From IMG/VR virus record IMGVR_UViG_3300050821_009780, positions 79,504 through 143,503 of that record: a stretch of DNA of 64,000 bases, one strand, 5' to 3'. The stretch's first letter is position 1. Every line of letters starts with the position of its first letter. Shown here one piece after another: positions 55,406-64,000 of the stretch. A program made the position numbers and the translations under genes. The notes below the pieces were generated by a model. It was not told the origin of the DNA, ran no database searches, and saw nothing but the letters and a program-made list of their open reading frames with translations. This DNA is from a virus.

Positions 55406-56098
55406 CTAGGCGGCGATGTCGTCGTCGGCCCCGCACAGGTCGGCCGAGCGCACGTGGACCGACGCCTGCCAGGGCTCGGCGGCGGCCAGCCAGACGGCGG
55501 CCTGAGCCTCGGAGAAGCCCTGGCCGGCCAGGGCGTGCGCCCGGGGGCGGGGGGTCTTGCCCGGGGCAGCCGGGACGGGGCAGCCGCGCAGCTCCTCGGC
55601 GGCGAACGGGCACTGGCCGGTGCCGCAGGCGGCGGACAGCTGGCAGCGGGACAGGGTGACCGGCTTGGCGGCGCAGGCGGACACGGCGGCGGCGACGGCG
55701 GCGCGGACCCGGACCCGGGCGGCGGCATCGTGCGCGCGGCGGTGCAGCTCGACGGCATCACTGGCCATCGCGGCGGCGTACCGCTCATCCTCGCGCATCG
55801 CCTCCAGCGCGGCGGCCACGGCGTCGGCGGCGGCGGCGGCGGAGGCCCGGGCGACGGCGGAGCGGACCGCGCGGGCGAACGCATCCTTGGCCAGGTGCCG
55901 GTGCACCCGGCGGCCGGACGGGCCGGTCTCGTCCGGGGCGGGCAGCGCGGCCCGGGCGCAGTCCAGGTGGGGCCGGGCCACCGCCCAGTAATCGCAGTCC
56001 TTGAGCGGGGAGCCGGCGGCGGCGAGCACCGCGCGGATGGCGGTGGCCCGGTTGGACCCCAGCACCGCCAGGGCGCGCAGCGCCTCATCGCAGGTCAC
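55406..56098 (-). CDS. Hypothetical Ala-rich protein
   Basis: GTG at 56098; Cys cluster. Confidence 0.45.
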   Translation of the reverse strand: MTCDEALRALAVLGSNRATAIRAVLAAAGSPLKDCDYWAVARPHLDCARAALPAPDETGPSGRRVHRHLAKDAFARAVRSAVARASAAAAADAVAAALEAMREDERYAAAMASDAVELHRRAHDAAARVRVRAAVAAAVSACAAKPVTLSRCQLSAACGTGQCPFAAEELRGCPVPAAPGKTPRPRAHALAGQGFSEAQAAVWLAAAEPWQASVHVRSADLCGADDDIAA

Positions 56099-56243
56099 GG
56101 GAACCCCGCCGAGCACCACCGTCCGGCTTCCGGTGCCGGGCCACCGGGGCCCGGCACCAAGATCACTATTTGCACATGACGACGGTTCAGGGCACACTGG
56201 ACCTCGCAAGGTTAAAGGGGCTGAAATTCTTTGCCTTTGCGTC

Positions 56244-56285
56244 AAGGAAAGAGCGCGCCGTGTATCCCACCACACACGGCGCGCT
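56244..56285 (-). terminator. Probable intrinsic terminator
   Basis: 12-bp inverted repeat AGCGCGCCGTGT/ACACGGCGCGCT, followed by CTTTCCTT on the minus strand. Confidence 0.6.
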
Positions 56286-56293
56286 TGACGTAT

Positions 56294-56506
56294 CTAAGGA
56301 GAGGCGGGCGGCTGCGGGGCGGCAGCGGCCACCGCCGCGGGCGGCACGTTGGGGACCAGGTAGACGACGGCGGCGGCGATGGCGCTGAGCGCGAGCGGCA
56401 CCCAGCTGGCGTTGTGGCCGTACGTCGTCACGCCGACCGAGGCGGTGCCGAACAGCGAGACCAGGAACTTGTTGTAGCGCCCGGCAGACGAGGCCGTGAC
56501 GGTCAA
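56294..56506 (-). CDS. Small two-TM membrane protein, holin-like
   Basis: YNKFLVSLFG...LALSAIAAAVVYLVPN; GGGAGG RBS before TTG. Confidence 0.55.
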   Translation of the reverse strand: MTVTASSAGRYNKFLVSLFGTASVGVTTYGHNASWVPLALSAIAAAVVYLVPNVPPAAVAAAAPQPPASP

Positions 56507-56599
56507 GGGAAACCTCCCGCACGGCGGGAGCGGCGGAGGCCGCCCGCGCCGGTGAAAACGCACGGTAAACGGGGGACATGGCCTCCAGGGCCTGCCTGA

Positions 56600-56628
56600 A
56601 GAGTAGATCTGCGGTGATCCCCTGTCAA
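56600..56628 (-). promoter_or_regulatory. Sigma-A-type promoter
   Basis: TTGACA-N17-TACTCT. Confidence 0.6.
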
Positions 56629-58320
56629 GGCTCCCAGTGCAGCTGGTCTTCCGTCACCAGCTGGCCGAGCGCGGGCCGCTCGAACAGGCGGGCATGCAGG
56701 TCCGGCTGGCGCGCGCAGCGGTATACGAAGACCAGGCCGAACAGCTCCGCCCGGAGCATGGGCAGGCCGCAGCAGACGGGGCGCTCGCCGTCATCCATTC
56801 GGCTGCTCCCTGACCGGGAGCATGAGCTCTACAGCGGTGCGGGCCGGCAGGTAGGCGACGGTCACCCGGTCCTCGCCCAGGCGGAACTCCACCGGCTCGC
56901 GGGGCACCGCTATCCAGACCGTGCTGCCGGCCTCGTCGCGCCGTCGCCGCCCGGGGTCGAGCAGCACATCGCACTCGACATCCCACAGGCCGGGGCGCAC
57001 GATGCAGACGCCGCGCGGCGGGTCCGGCGGCTTCTTCCTGAACAGCCTCATCCCGGCACCACGTGAAGCCGGGCCTCCGGGCGGTCCTCCGCGCTCAGCA
57101 GGGCGGTGCAGGTGGAGGACAGGTGGAGGCCGCAGCTGTACTGGGCGTCCGTCCGCCGGGTGCCGACCGACACCAGCCACAGGGCGCGGCAGCCGCACTC
57201 AAAGCCGTTGCGACCGCGACCTCCCGCGAACTGGCAGGTCTGGGTAAAGGGAATCTCGCTCATGCCCGTGCTACGCCGCCAGCGGCAGCGCGCCCCAGGC
57301 CCAGCCCTTGGCGGGGCCGCGGCCGGTGGGGCACTGCGCCCGGCCCCGGACGGTCCAGGTGCCGGGCGCCCAGCCGGCGGTGTCCACGTACCCCGACCAG
57401 GCCCGGAGCGCCTCATCCCACTCCAGCTCGACGATCCGGTCCGGGCGGTCGCGCTGGGAAGGATCGTGCTCCGGGTCGCGGCCCGGCTCCCAGAACTCGG
57501 CCAGGGCGTAGCCGTCGCGCTGGACCTTCCCGTCGGCGGTGGCGGCCTTCACCCGGACGAGCGCGGTCTGTCCTGCCTGGAGCATGCCCTGCTAATCGCC
57601 GAGCAGCTCTTCGGCCACCCACTCGACGAACCCGGCCTCGCCATCGTCCTCTTCCCAGAGGAAAGACAGGCCGCCCGGGCCGTTGACGGGCGCCCACCCG
57701 GCCAGGGCGCGGTCGGAGGGCTGCTGGTAGAACAGCAGCCAGACAGCGGCAGCCGTCAGGTCCAGGGGATCGCTCACGGCCCTGCTACGGCTCCCGGAAG
57801 AAGATCCCCCGCAGGGCCTCGGCGAAGCCCTGAGCGGCCTTGGTGAGGTTCGCCGGATCGTACTCGGCGTCCAGCTTCCCCTCGCCGTTCTCGAACACCT
57901 TCAGCAGCACCGTGCGGCTGTCGCGGGCCATGATGACGATACTGGCCGCCGGAGGCGGGCAGAGGTTCGCGGCGGTCACGGACCCGGCGTATGCCGGATT
58001 CCCGGAAACGGACAGCTCGCTATCGCGCAGGCTGTACGGCTCGTCGCCCCTCACGCCGGGGGCGCCCAGTCGATGAGGCCGCGCCCGCCGTCGCCGACCT
58101 CGACCGCGAAGCCGGTCATGGGCGGCAGGACGTCGCACTCGATCTGGTAGGTGAGCGCGGGATCGACGTCCTGCACCGGGCGGGCGGCCCAGTAGGCCAC
58201 GGTGCCCTTCTTCGTCTGGCGGTCGCGGCCGGGGGCGCGGACCAGCTCGCACTCGACGGCGGTGCCGTCGGCGAACCGCAGCCGGACTCCGCCGGGGGCT
58301 GTCTGGGTGTCGCTCATCAC
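56625..58320 (-). other. Cluster of small hypothetical genes (including 57271-57585, beta-rich and possibly structural; 57592-57777; 58051-58320)
   Basis: Series of tightly packed short ORFs. Confidence 0.45.
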
Positions 58321-58426
58321 GTCTCCTTTTTATCTTCCTGCTCCGTGTGTATCACCCCCGGCGGGCCGGAGCCGCCGGGAGACCTTCCCCCGGCCGTTTC
58401 GCCGGGACGCGCGGGTGGTGCCGTGC

Positions 58427-58594
58427 ACTGCTGACGTAACTGGTAGGTACCAGGCAGCTTACTGCTGACGTCAGCAGTTACGGTGTGATGCTGACCTGTA
58501 ACGTCAGCGGTTAGCACTTCGGCTGCACCTGAATGTGTGCTGATGACGTCAGCAGTCAGTGCAGTATGCTGACTAGTTACGTTACAGGTCAGCA
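58427..58594. repeat. Palindrome/inverted-repeat cluster built on GCTGAC/GTCAGC
   Basis: 18-bp palindrome ACTGCTGACGTCAGCAGT (58461-58478); 16-bp perfect inverted repeat TGCTGACCTGTAACGT at 58489-58504 and 58579-58594; lower GC than its flanks. Confidence 0.75.
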
Positions 58595-58944
58595 CTGTGC
58601 GGGTCCGTCCTGGCCGCCTCGGACCGGCGGCTCACCTGGCAGTGGCCGTCCCGGGCGACCGCCGCCATGTCCTGCCGCTCGGTGGACCGGGTCTCCAGCT
58701 GCGGGCCGTAGGTGGAGGACAGCCACTGCACGAACAGGTCCTCCGCGTACGGGTGGCTGCCCCCGGAACCGGGGGCGTACCGCCAGCCGTCGGCCGGGCA
58801 CCAGCCCGCCAGCGCGCGGTCCGTGGGCTGCAGCCAGCACAGGAGCAGCAGCCCGGCCCCCGAGGGGGACAGCACGGCCGGGAGCGGGTGCAGCGGCTCC
58901 ACGGGGCCGCAGGGGGCCTCTCCGGGCCGCTCAGCGTCCGTCAC
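58582..58944 (-). CDS. Hypothetical protein, paralog of 57592-57777
   Basis: Shared QP(S/T)DRALAGWxP...FVxW motif. Confidence 0.5.
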   Translation of the reverse strand: MTDAERPGEAPCGPVEPLHPLPAVLSPSGAGLLLLCWLQPTDRALAGWCPADGWRYAPGSGGSHPYAEDLFVQWLSSTYGPQLETRSTERQDMAAVARDGHCQVSRRSEAARTDPHSADL

Positions 58945-59344
58945 GGGTCTCGCCCTTCCGCCGGGCCAGGGCGGCCAGCAGCCGGGCGTACAGGGCCGCT
59001 ACGCGGCTCGCAGCCGCCGTGACCGCCGGGTCCGGGCAGTCGCAGGTCAGGCCGTCGCCGGTCACGACCGCAGCCATTCCCAGACGGTGCGGCCCTGCTC
59101 GCAGCACAGGCGGCACACCATGGACCGGCGGAACGTGCCCATCTGGCAGAACAGGCACGGGACCGGGTGAGCCGTCCTGCCGGGCAGCTGCTCCTGGACG
59201 GGCCCTAGCGGGCCGACGGGTTCCACGGGGAATTTCTCCTGAGAAGAAGACGGCGGAAATTTGCAGTGCGGATCGGTTAGTAGTACCCCCGGCCAAAGAC
59301 GGCAGTTATACGTACTCCTCCGGGGGTAACTGCTCATTTACTTG

Positions 59345-60751
59345 TCACGAGCCAATGTTCTGCAGGCCGAACATACGACCGCGGTAGGGGTTGTATGTAG
59401 CGGCGACGGCGGTGTTCCCGGACAGGGTCACCTGGATGGGGCTGGGCACCCCGGTGAACCGCTGGCAGGCCAGCATGGTCCAGGTGACGCTGAACCGGTT
59501 GGCCAGCGCCAGGGCGGCGTTCAGGCCGGTGCCGGCCACGAACGTCGGGACCGGGAACCGGGACTCGGTGTCGTAGTCGAGCTGCAGCCGGGGCTCGCCG
59601 ACCAGGCCGAGCAGCGCGCAGTACCGCGCGGTGTCGTTGCCGTTGCCGGTCTCCGGCTGGCCGACCTGGAGCCGGTACAGGTTCTGCAGGAACAGGTCGG
59701 GGCGGCCCGCGGGCGGCGGCTGGCCGTTGTTCGTCACGAAGTCGTCCAGGCCCGGCACCAGCGCGGGCGGGTAGCCCTGGAACTCGGCGGCCTGCTCCTC
59801 CTGGAGCGGGGCGGACGGGGCGGTGACAGCCGGGTCCACCTGGTTGAGTACCTTCCAGGTGCTGCAGCCCAGCGCGCCGTCCACCACGTTGACAACCTCC
59901 TGGTCCGAGCCGTTGAACAGCTCGGCGGCCCCGGGCAGGCCGGCCCGGTTGACGGCGTTGTCCTGGGCGACCGCGCCCCCGGCGGTGACCAGCTCGGCCG
60001 ACGGCACGTTGTCGGACTGGTCCTGGTCCACGATGGAAAAGTCCCGGGTGGACGGGCACGGCAGGCCGTCGCTGGCGGTGCCAAGCGGCGGGACGTGCAC
60101 CAGGCCGCCGCTGACGGCGGTGCGCAGCGCGGCGAAGAACTGCGGGCTGTTCGCCCACGCCTGCTGGGCGAAGTTGACGAAGAACGCCGCGCCGGGGCCG
60201 GCCAGCTTGAGCTGGTTGCCGTTGAACCCGGTCCAGACGGTGACGACCGCGCCGGGCGGGACAGCGGCCGGGACGATGGGCACGGCCGGGGTGTGCCCGT
60301 CCGGCACCACCAGCGGGTAGTAGACGCTCAGGGCCCCGGTGGCGGGATCGAGGATGGTCGCCTGCACGAACGCCCCGGTCTGGGCGTTCTCGGCGCAGGG
60401 CACGGTGGCGGTCTCCAGGAACCACGGCTGGGACAGCCCGGCGGCGCTCAGCGGGTCGGCCGGGACGTTCAGCGTGCACTGCGGGGCCGCGAGCAGGTTG
60501 CTGAGCTGCTGCTGCTCGCCGGCGGTCATCGGGCTGGGGAGGGCCGCCGCGCTGTCGTTCGTGGTGCCGGCGGGCGGGTTGTTCGCCAGCAGGTGCGCGG
60601 AGTGCGGGGCCGGGGAGGCGGCCGGGCGGTGCAGCTGGCCGGGGAGGGCCGCGGCGGCGAGGACGAGGGCCCCGCCCCCGGCGAGTGCGCCTATCTTGAC
60701 CCAGGAGACGTGCTGCCCCCTGGGGGGACGCGGACGGGAGTGCTTTGCCAT
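59345..60751 (-). CDS. Secreted or membrane-anchored Cys-containing protein of an uncharacterised family
   Basis: Basic N-terminus plus hydrophobic signal; CTLNVPADPLSAAGL, FVQATILDPATG, GFNG and CPSTRDFSIVDQDQSDNV motifs. Confidence 0.7.
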   Translation of the reverse strand: MAKHSRPRPPRGQHVSWVKIGALAGGGALVLAAAALPGQLHRPAASPAPHSAHLLANNPPAGTTNDSAAALPSPMTAGEQQQLSNLLAAPQCTLNVPADPLSAAGLSQPWFLETATVPCAENAQTGAFVQATILDPATGALSVYYPLVVPDGHTPAVPIVPAAVPPGAVVTVWTGFNGNQLKLAGPGAAFFVNFAQQAWANSPQFFAALRTAVSGGLVHVPPLGTASDGLPCPSTRDFSIVDQDQSDNVPSAELVTAGGAVAQDNAVNRAGLPGAAELFNGSDQEVVNVVDGALGCSTWKVLNQVDPAVTAPSAPLQEEQAAEFQGYPPALVPGLDDFVTNNGQPPPAGRPDLFLQNLYRLQVGQPETGNGNDTARYCALLGLVGEPRLQLDYDTESRFPVPTFVAGTGLNAALALANRFSVTWTMLACQRFTGVPSPIQVTLSGNTAVAATYNPYRGRMFGLQNIGS

Positions 60752-60803
60752 GAAAGGTAACCTGCTTCTTCCTGCTTCGGAACGGTGAAGGTCCTGCGGG
60801 TAT

Positions 60804-60935
60804 CTAGTAGCCGAGCCACGCTCCTCCCTGGCGGTGGACCTCGTAGAGCCCGAGCAGCAGCATCGCCAGGACGGCGAGGGCGACGGCGACCCCCAGCACG
60901 GTGGCAGCCGCGAGCTGGGCGCCGCGCCGGGACAT
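60804..60935 (-). CDS. Small membrane protein
   Basis: MSRRGAQLAAATVLGVAVALAVLAMLLLGLYEV. Confidence 0.45.
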   Translation of the reverse strand: MSRRGAQLAAATVLGVAVALAVLAMLLLGLYEVHRQGGAWLGY

Positions 60936-60939
60936 CGCC

Positions 60940-61749
60940 TTACGCGAGGAGGGCCGCTCGGACGGCAGCGCGCACCTCCTCGCCCGCCAGCACCGCGAGG
61001 CCGGCCAGGGCCAGCATGCCCAGGGCGGCCAGCACGGCCCACCAGCCGCCGGTGGAGTACCCGGCCGCCCGCCACTCCTTGATCCCCTTGCGCAGGCGGG
61101 GGCGGCGCACGGCGGCGGCGGGCAGGGTGAGCGCGAGGTAGGCCCCGGCGTCCAGCCAGGCGTGCAGCGCGGCCAGATGCACCGCGACGCAGGCCCAGAC
61201 GGCCCACACGCCCCAGCGCTGCCAGCGCTTCCACTCCGGGCCGAGCAGCCGCTGGGCGACGGTGCTGGAGGTGGCCGCCATGGGCAGCAGCAGCACGACG
61301 AGCAGGGTGCCGGTCCAGTCCACGGCGGTCCCGGCGGCCCGGTCGGCCATCCCCGGCGGCGGCGCGGTCAGGTGCAGCGCCAGGCCGAGGGCGCCGCAGC
61401 CGAACACCCAGTTGCCGTACCACCAGCGCAGCTTCGCGACGGGCAGCCGGGCGACGGTGATCACGGGGGTGACCGCGAGACAGGCGGCGAGGGCGAGGAC
61501 GGCGTCGTAGCCGAGCACGGTGTCGGCGTAGGCCAGGACCTGCCCGTGCCAGGCGGCGCGGACCAGGGCGAGGACGGGCAGCACGGGCCAGGTGCGCAGG
61601 GCGACCCGGGCCAGCAGGTGGCGCGGCTCGGCGGAGATGACCCGCAGCGCCCCGGTGACCGGCCCGGGGGGTCGCGCAGCGGGCACGGCAGCATGCCTGC
61701 CGCGCACGCTTTTAGCGGCCTGCGCTGTCAAAAGCCTGTCTCCCACCAC
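60940..61749 (-). CDS. Ferric-reductase-like transmembrane protein (MsrQ/YedZ-like)
   Basis: CLAVTP, LRWWYG, PMAATS...QRLLG..WKRWQR pattern; multiple TM helices. Confidence 0.65.
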   Translation of the reverse strand: MVGDRLLTAQAAKSVRGRHAAVPAARPPGPVTGALRVISAEPRHLLARVALRTWPVLPVLALVRAAWHGQVLAYADTVLGYDAVLALAACLAVTPVITVARLPVAKLRWWYGNWVFGCGALGLALHLTAPPPGMADRAAGTAVDWTGTLLVVLLLPMAATSSTVAQRLLGPEWKRWQRWGVWAVWACVAVHLAALHAWLDAGAYLALTLPAAAVRRPRLRKGIKEWRAAGYSTGGWWAVLAALGMLALAGLAVLAGEEVRAAVRAALLA

Positions 61750-61761
61750 GACGACTGAGGC

Positions 61762-64000
61762 TCACAGTACGGTAGCATCGCCCGCGATCTTACGTCCAGC
61801 TAACGCCGCCTCGATCTCCATGCTGACGGCCAGGGCGGGGCCTGCCGCGGTGCTGACATCGAGGTACTGCGGGCGCTGCGGCAGAGCGGGCGGCGCGGGC
61901 GGGTCCGGCACGACCTCGATGATGCCGGGGCGCAGCGCGTACCCGCCGCCGGTCCAGCGGAACGGCGGCTGGAAGGTGTACACGTCGAGACTGAAGCTCT
62001 CGGACCCGGACACGGCGTCGGTGTCGCTGACGTTCGCGTTGGGGCCGAACTGGCTGCTCTCCTGGTCGAACCCGTGCACCGAGTCGGCGGAGGTGAACTG
62101 GGCGGACGACAGGTAGCCCGCGTCGGTGCCGGTGCCCGCATCCCGGTCGCGGATGACCCAGGTGCCGGTCAGCCCCTCGCCCGCGTCGGTGCCGGTGCCC
62201 GTGTCGGAGGTGAACGCCTTGGACGCCAGGTGGGCGGCGACCTGCTCGCCCCCGTCGGACCCGGACACGGTCTCGGAGTCGAGCGCGCCCGGGTTGTCTA
62301 TCTCGCTGTCCTCGCCGAGGCCGTGCTCGGTGTCGGACACCAGCACGGCCGGGACCGGGTAGAAGAGGCCCTGCACCTGGCGGGGGTACCGCTGGCGCCC
62401 CCAGCGGGTCAGCCAGGCGGGCGACACCAGGGCGGTGCCGAGGACGAAGTCGTAGTGCTGCTCCGACTCCCCGGCGTCGGTCCCGGCGAGGGAGTCGCTG
62501 TCGCTCAGCGCGACGACCAGGATCTCCCCGGCATCGGTGCCGTGGCCCGCGTCGGCACTGAACGCCGAGGTGACGTTCTCGGTGCCGTGACCCGAGTCGG
62601 TATCCGACAGGGTGGCCGCGACAAACTCGCCCGCGTCGGTGCCAGTGCCTGCGTCGGCGCTGAACGCCGAGGTGACGTTCTCGGTGCCGTGCCCGGTATC
62701 GCTGTCGGACAAGGAAGCGGCGACCAGCTCGCCCGCGTCGGTGCCAGTGCCTGCGTCGGCACTGAACGCCGAGGTGACGTTCTCGGTGCCGTGCCCGGAG
62801 TCGGTGTCGCTGAGCGCGGCGGAGACAGTCTCCCCGGCGTCCGTCCCGTGGCCGGTGTCGGAACTGCTCAGAGTGGCCGCGACCGTCTCGCCCGCGTCTG
62901 TTCCTTGCCCGGCGTCGGTGGACCCGAGGCCGACGACGGTGCCCTCGTCGTCCGAGCCGGAGGTGTCCTGCGACGCGAGCGTAGCGGTGACCAGTTCGCC
63001 CGCATCCGTGCCGTGCCCGGCGTCGGAACCGCTGAGGGTAGCGGTGACCAGTTCCCCGGCGTCGGTGCCGTGGCCGCTGTCGGTGTCGGTGACGACCGGG
63101 AAGGGCGGGGGGTAGAAGACCGGCGTCTGCAGCTTCAGCTTCGGGCGGTACCGCTCCGCCCAGGTGCGGGAGACCAGGGCGGTGCCGAGGACGAAGTCGA
63201 AGTGCTGGACGGTTTCCCCGGTGTCGGTGCCGTGGCCGCTGTCGGTGTCACTGAGCGTGGCCGCGAGAGTTTCCCCGGTGTCGGTGCCGTGGCCGCTGTC
63301 GGTGTCGCTGAGCGTGGCCGCGACCAGCTCGCCCGCATCAGTGCCGTGCCCTGTATCCGAGCTGCTGAACGAGGCGGTCACCGTCTCGCCTGCGTCAGCC
63401 TCCGGGCCGCTGGAGTCGGCGGTGACCGGGATAACCCCGACCAGCTCGCCCGCGTCCGTGCCGTGGCCGGTCTCGGAGCTGCTCAGCGTGGCGGCGACCA
63501 GTTCCCCGGCGTCGGTGCCGTGACCCGTATCGGAACTGCTGAGCGTGACCGTCTCGCCCGCGTCGGTGCCGTGGCCGGTGTCGGAACTGCTCAGAGAGAC
63601 CGTCTCGCCCGCGTCCGTTTCCGGACCGCTGGAGTCGGAGCTGCTGAGCCTGACCGTCTCGCCTGCGTCGGTCTCCGGGCCACTGGAGTCGGAGCTGCTG
63701 AGCGTGGCCGCCAAGGTCTCCCCGGCGTCGGTGCCGTGCCCGATGTCGGAGCTGCTCAGGGAAGCGGTGACCAGTTCGCCCGCATCAGCCTCCGGGCCGC
63801 TGGCATCGGTGTCAGACGCCAGGACGGTGCTGGGCGGCGGGGCCAGCGGTACCTGCATCTTCAGCTTCGGGCGGTACCGCTCCAGCCAGGTCCGGGACAC
63901 CTGGGCAGTCACAGCGGCGGGCGGCGGGGCGTTGATCCCCTTGAAGGTCGCCAGCTGCATGAACCACTCGCCGGCGCCGGTGCCGAGGGTGGCGGTCGCG
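61762..64000 (-). CDS. Large Ser/Thr/Asp/Gly tandem-repeat protein, probably virion-associated; 5' end beyond the window
   Basis: Many (S/D)xDxGxGTDAGE repeats of about 17-21 aa; the reading frame stays open from 63960 to the window edge. Confidence 0.65.
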   Translation of the reverse strand, partial: ATATLGTGAGEWFMQLATFKGINAPPPAAVTAQVSRTWLERYRPKLKMQVPLAPPPSTVLASDTDASGPEADAGELVTASLSSSDIGHGTDAGETLAATLSSSDSSGPETDAGETVRLSSSDSSGPETDAGETVSLSSSDTGHGTDAGETVTLSSSDTGHGTDAGELVAATLSSSETGHGTDAGELVGVIPVTADSSGPEADAGETVTASFSSSDTGHGTDAGELVAATLSDTDSGHGTDTGETLAATLSDTDSGHGTDTGETVQHFDFVLGTALVSRTWAERYRPKLKLQTPVFYPPPFPVVTDTDSGHGTDAGELVTATLSGSDAGHGTDAGELVTATLASQDTSGSDDEGTVVGLGSTDAGQGTDAGETVAATLSSSDTGHGTDAGETVSAALSDTDSGHGTENVTSAFSADAGTGTDAGELVAASLSDSDTGHGTENVTSAFSADAGTGTDAGEFVAATLSDTDSGHGTENVTSAFSADAGHGTDAGEILVVALSDSDSLAGTDAGESEQHYDFVLGTALVSPAWLTRWGRQRYPRQVQGLFYPVPAVLVSDTEHGLGEDSEIDNPGALDSETVSGSDGGEQVAAHLASKAFTSDTGTGTDAGEGLTGTWVIRDRDAGTGTDAGYLSSAQFTSADSVHGFDQESSQFGPNANVSDTDAVSGSESFSLDVYTFQPPFRWTGGGYALRPGIIEVVPDPPAPPALPQRPQYLDVSTAAGPALAVSMEIEAALAGRKIAGDATVL

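Noticed and set aside
58317-58595. ORF with repeated (L/V)TADV peptides
   Set aside because: The repeats occur in both DNA orientations and codon usage is atypical, so a DNA-level element explains them better; not fully excluded
58427-63800. Possible CRISPR array (58.4-58.6 kb palindromes; 62-63.8 kb repeats)
   Set aside because: No constant repeat with unique, equal-length spacers; the 62-63.8 kb repeats are in-frame coding repeats

Overview
A 64-kb slice of a large, high-GC tailed dsDNA phage or prophage, most likely of an actinobacterium. Essentially all real genes are on the minus strand, and many overlap by ATGA/GTGA translational coupling. The long plus-strand ORFs are antisense shadows. 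Reading right to left, in the direction of transcription: (i) a partial Ser/Thr/Asp/Gly-repeat protein, an MsrQ-like membrane protein, a secreted protein and a palindrome-rich putative origin or control region; (ii) a SNF2 helicase, a ParB-like protein, a FliA/WhiG-type sigma factor, DnaB, a primase Zn-finger and a second sigma-like protein; (iii) a replication/recombination operon with a family-A DNA polymerase, a bacterial Pol III-style beta clamp and DnaX/HolA/HolB clamp loader, SSB, Holliday resolvase, RecA, split Rad50 plus Mre11, a Cas4-like nuclease, an endolysin, a TIGR03960/DUF2344-type radical SAM enzyme interrupted by a class 3 intein, and a two-frame split C5 DNA methyltransferase; (iv) an 8-gene glycosylation cassette; (v) head genes: terminase, a DUF935 portal, several proteins sharing an 'LxLA' leader, and a zeta-toxin-domain protein. 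Two regulatory motifs were read directly from the DNA: a 16-bp palindromic operator overlapping the -35 box of sigma-A-type promoters, and a CGAT element 9-10 nt before the start codons of leaderless putative late genes. I saw no tRNA, CRISPR array or integrase. All family assignments come from motif recognition by eye, not from database searches.
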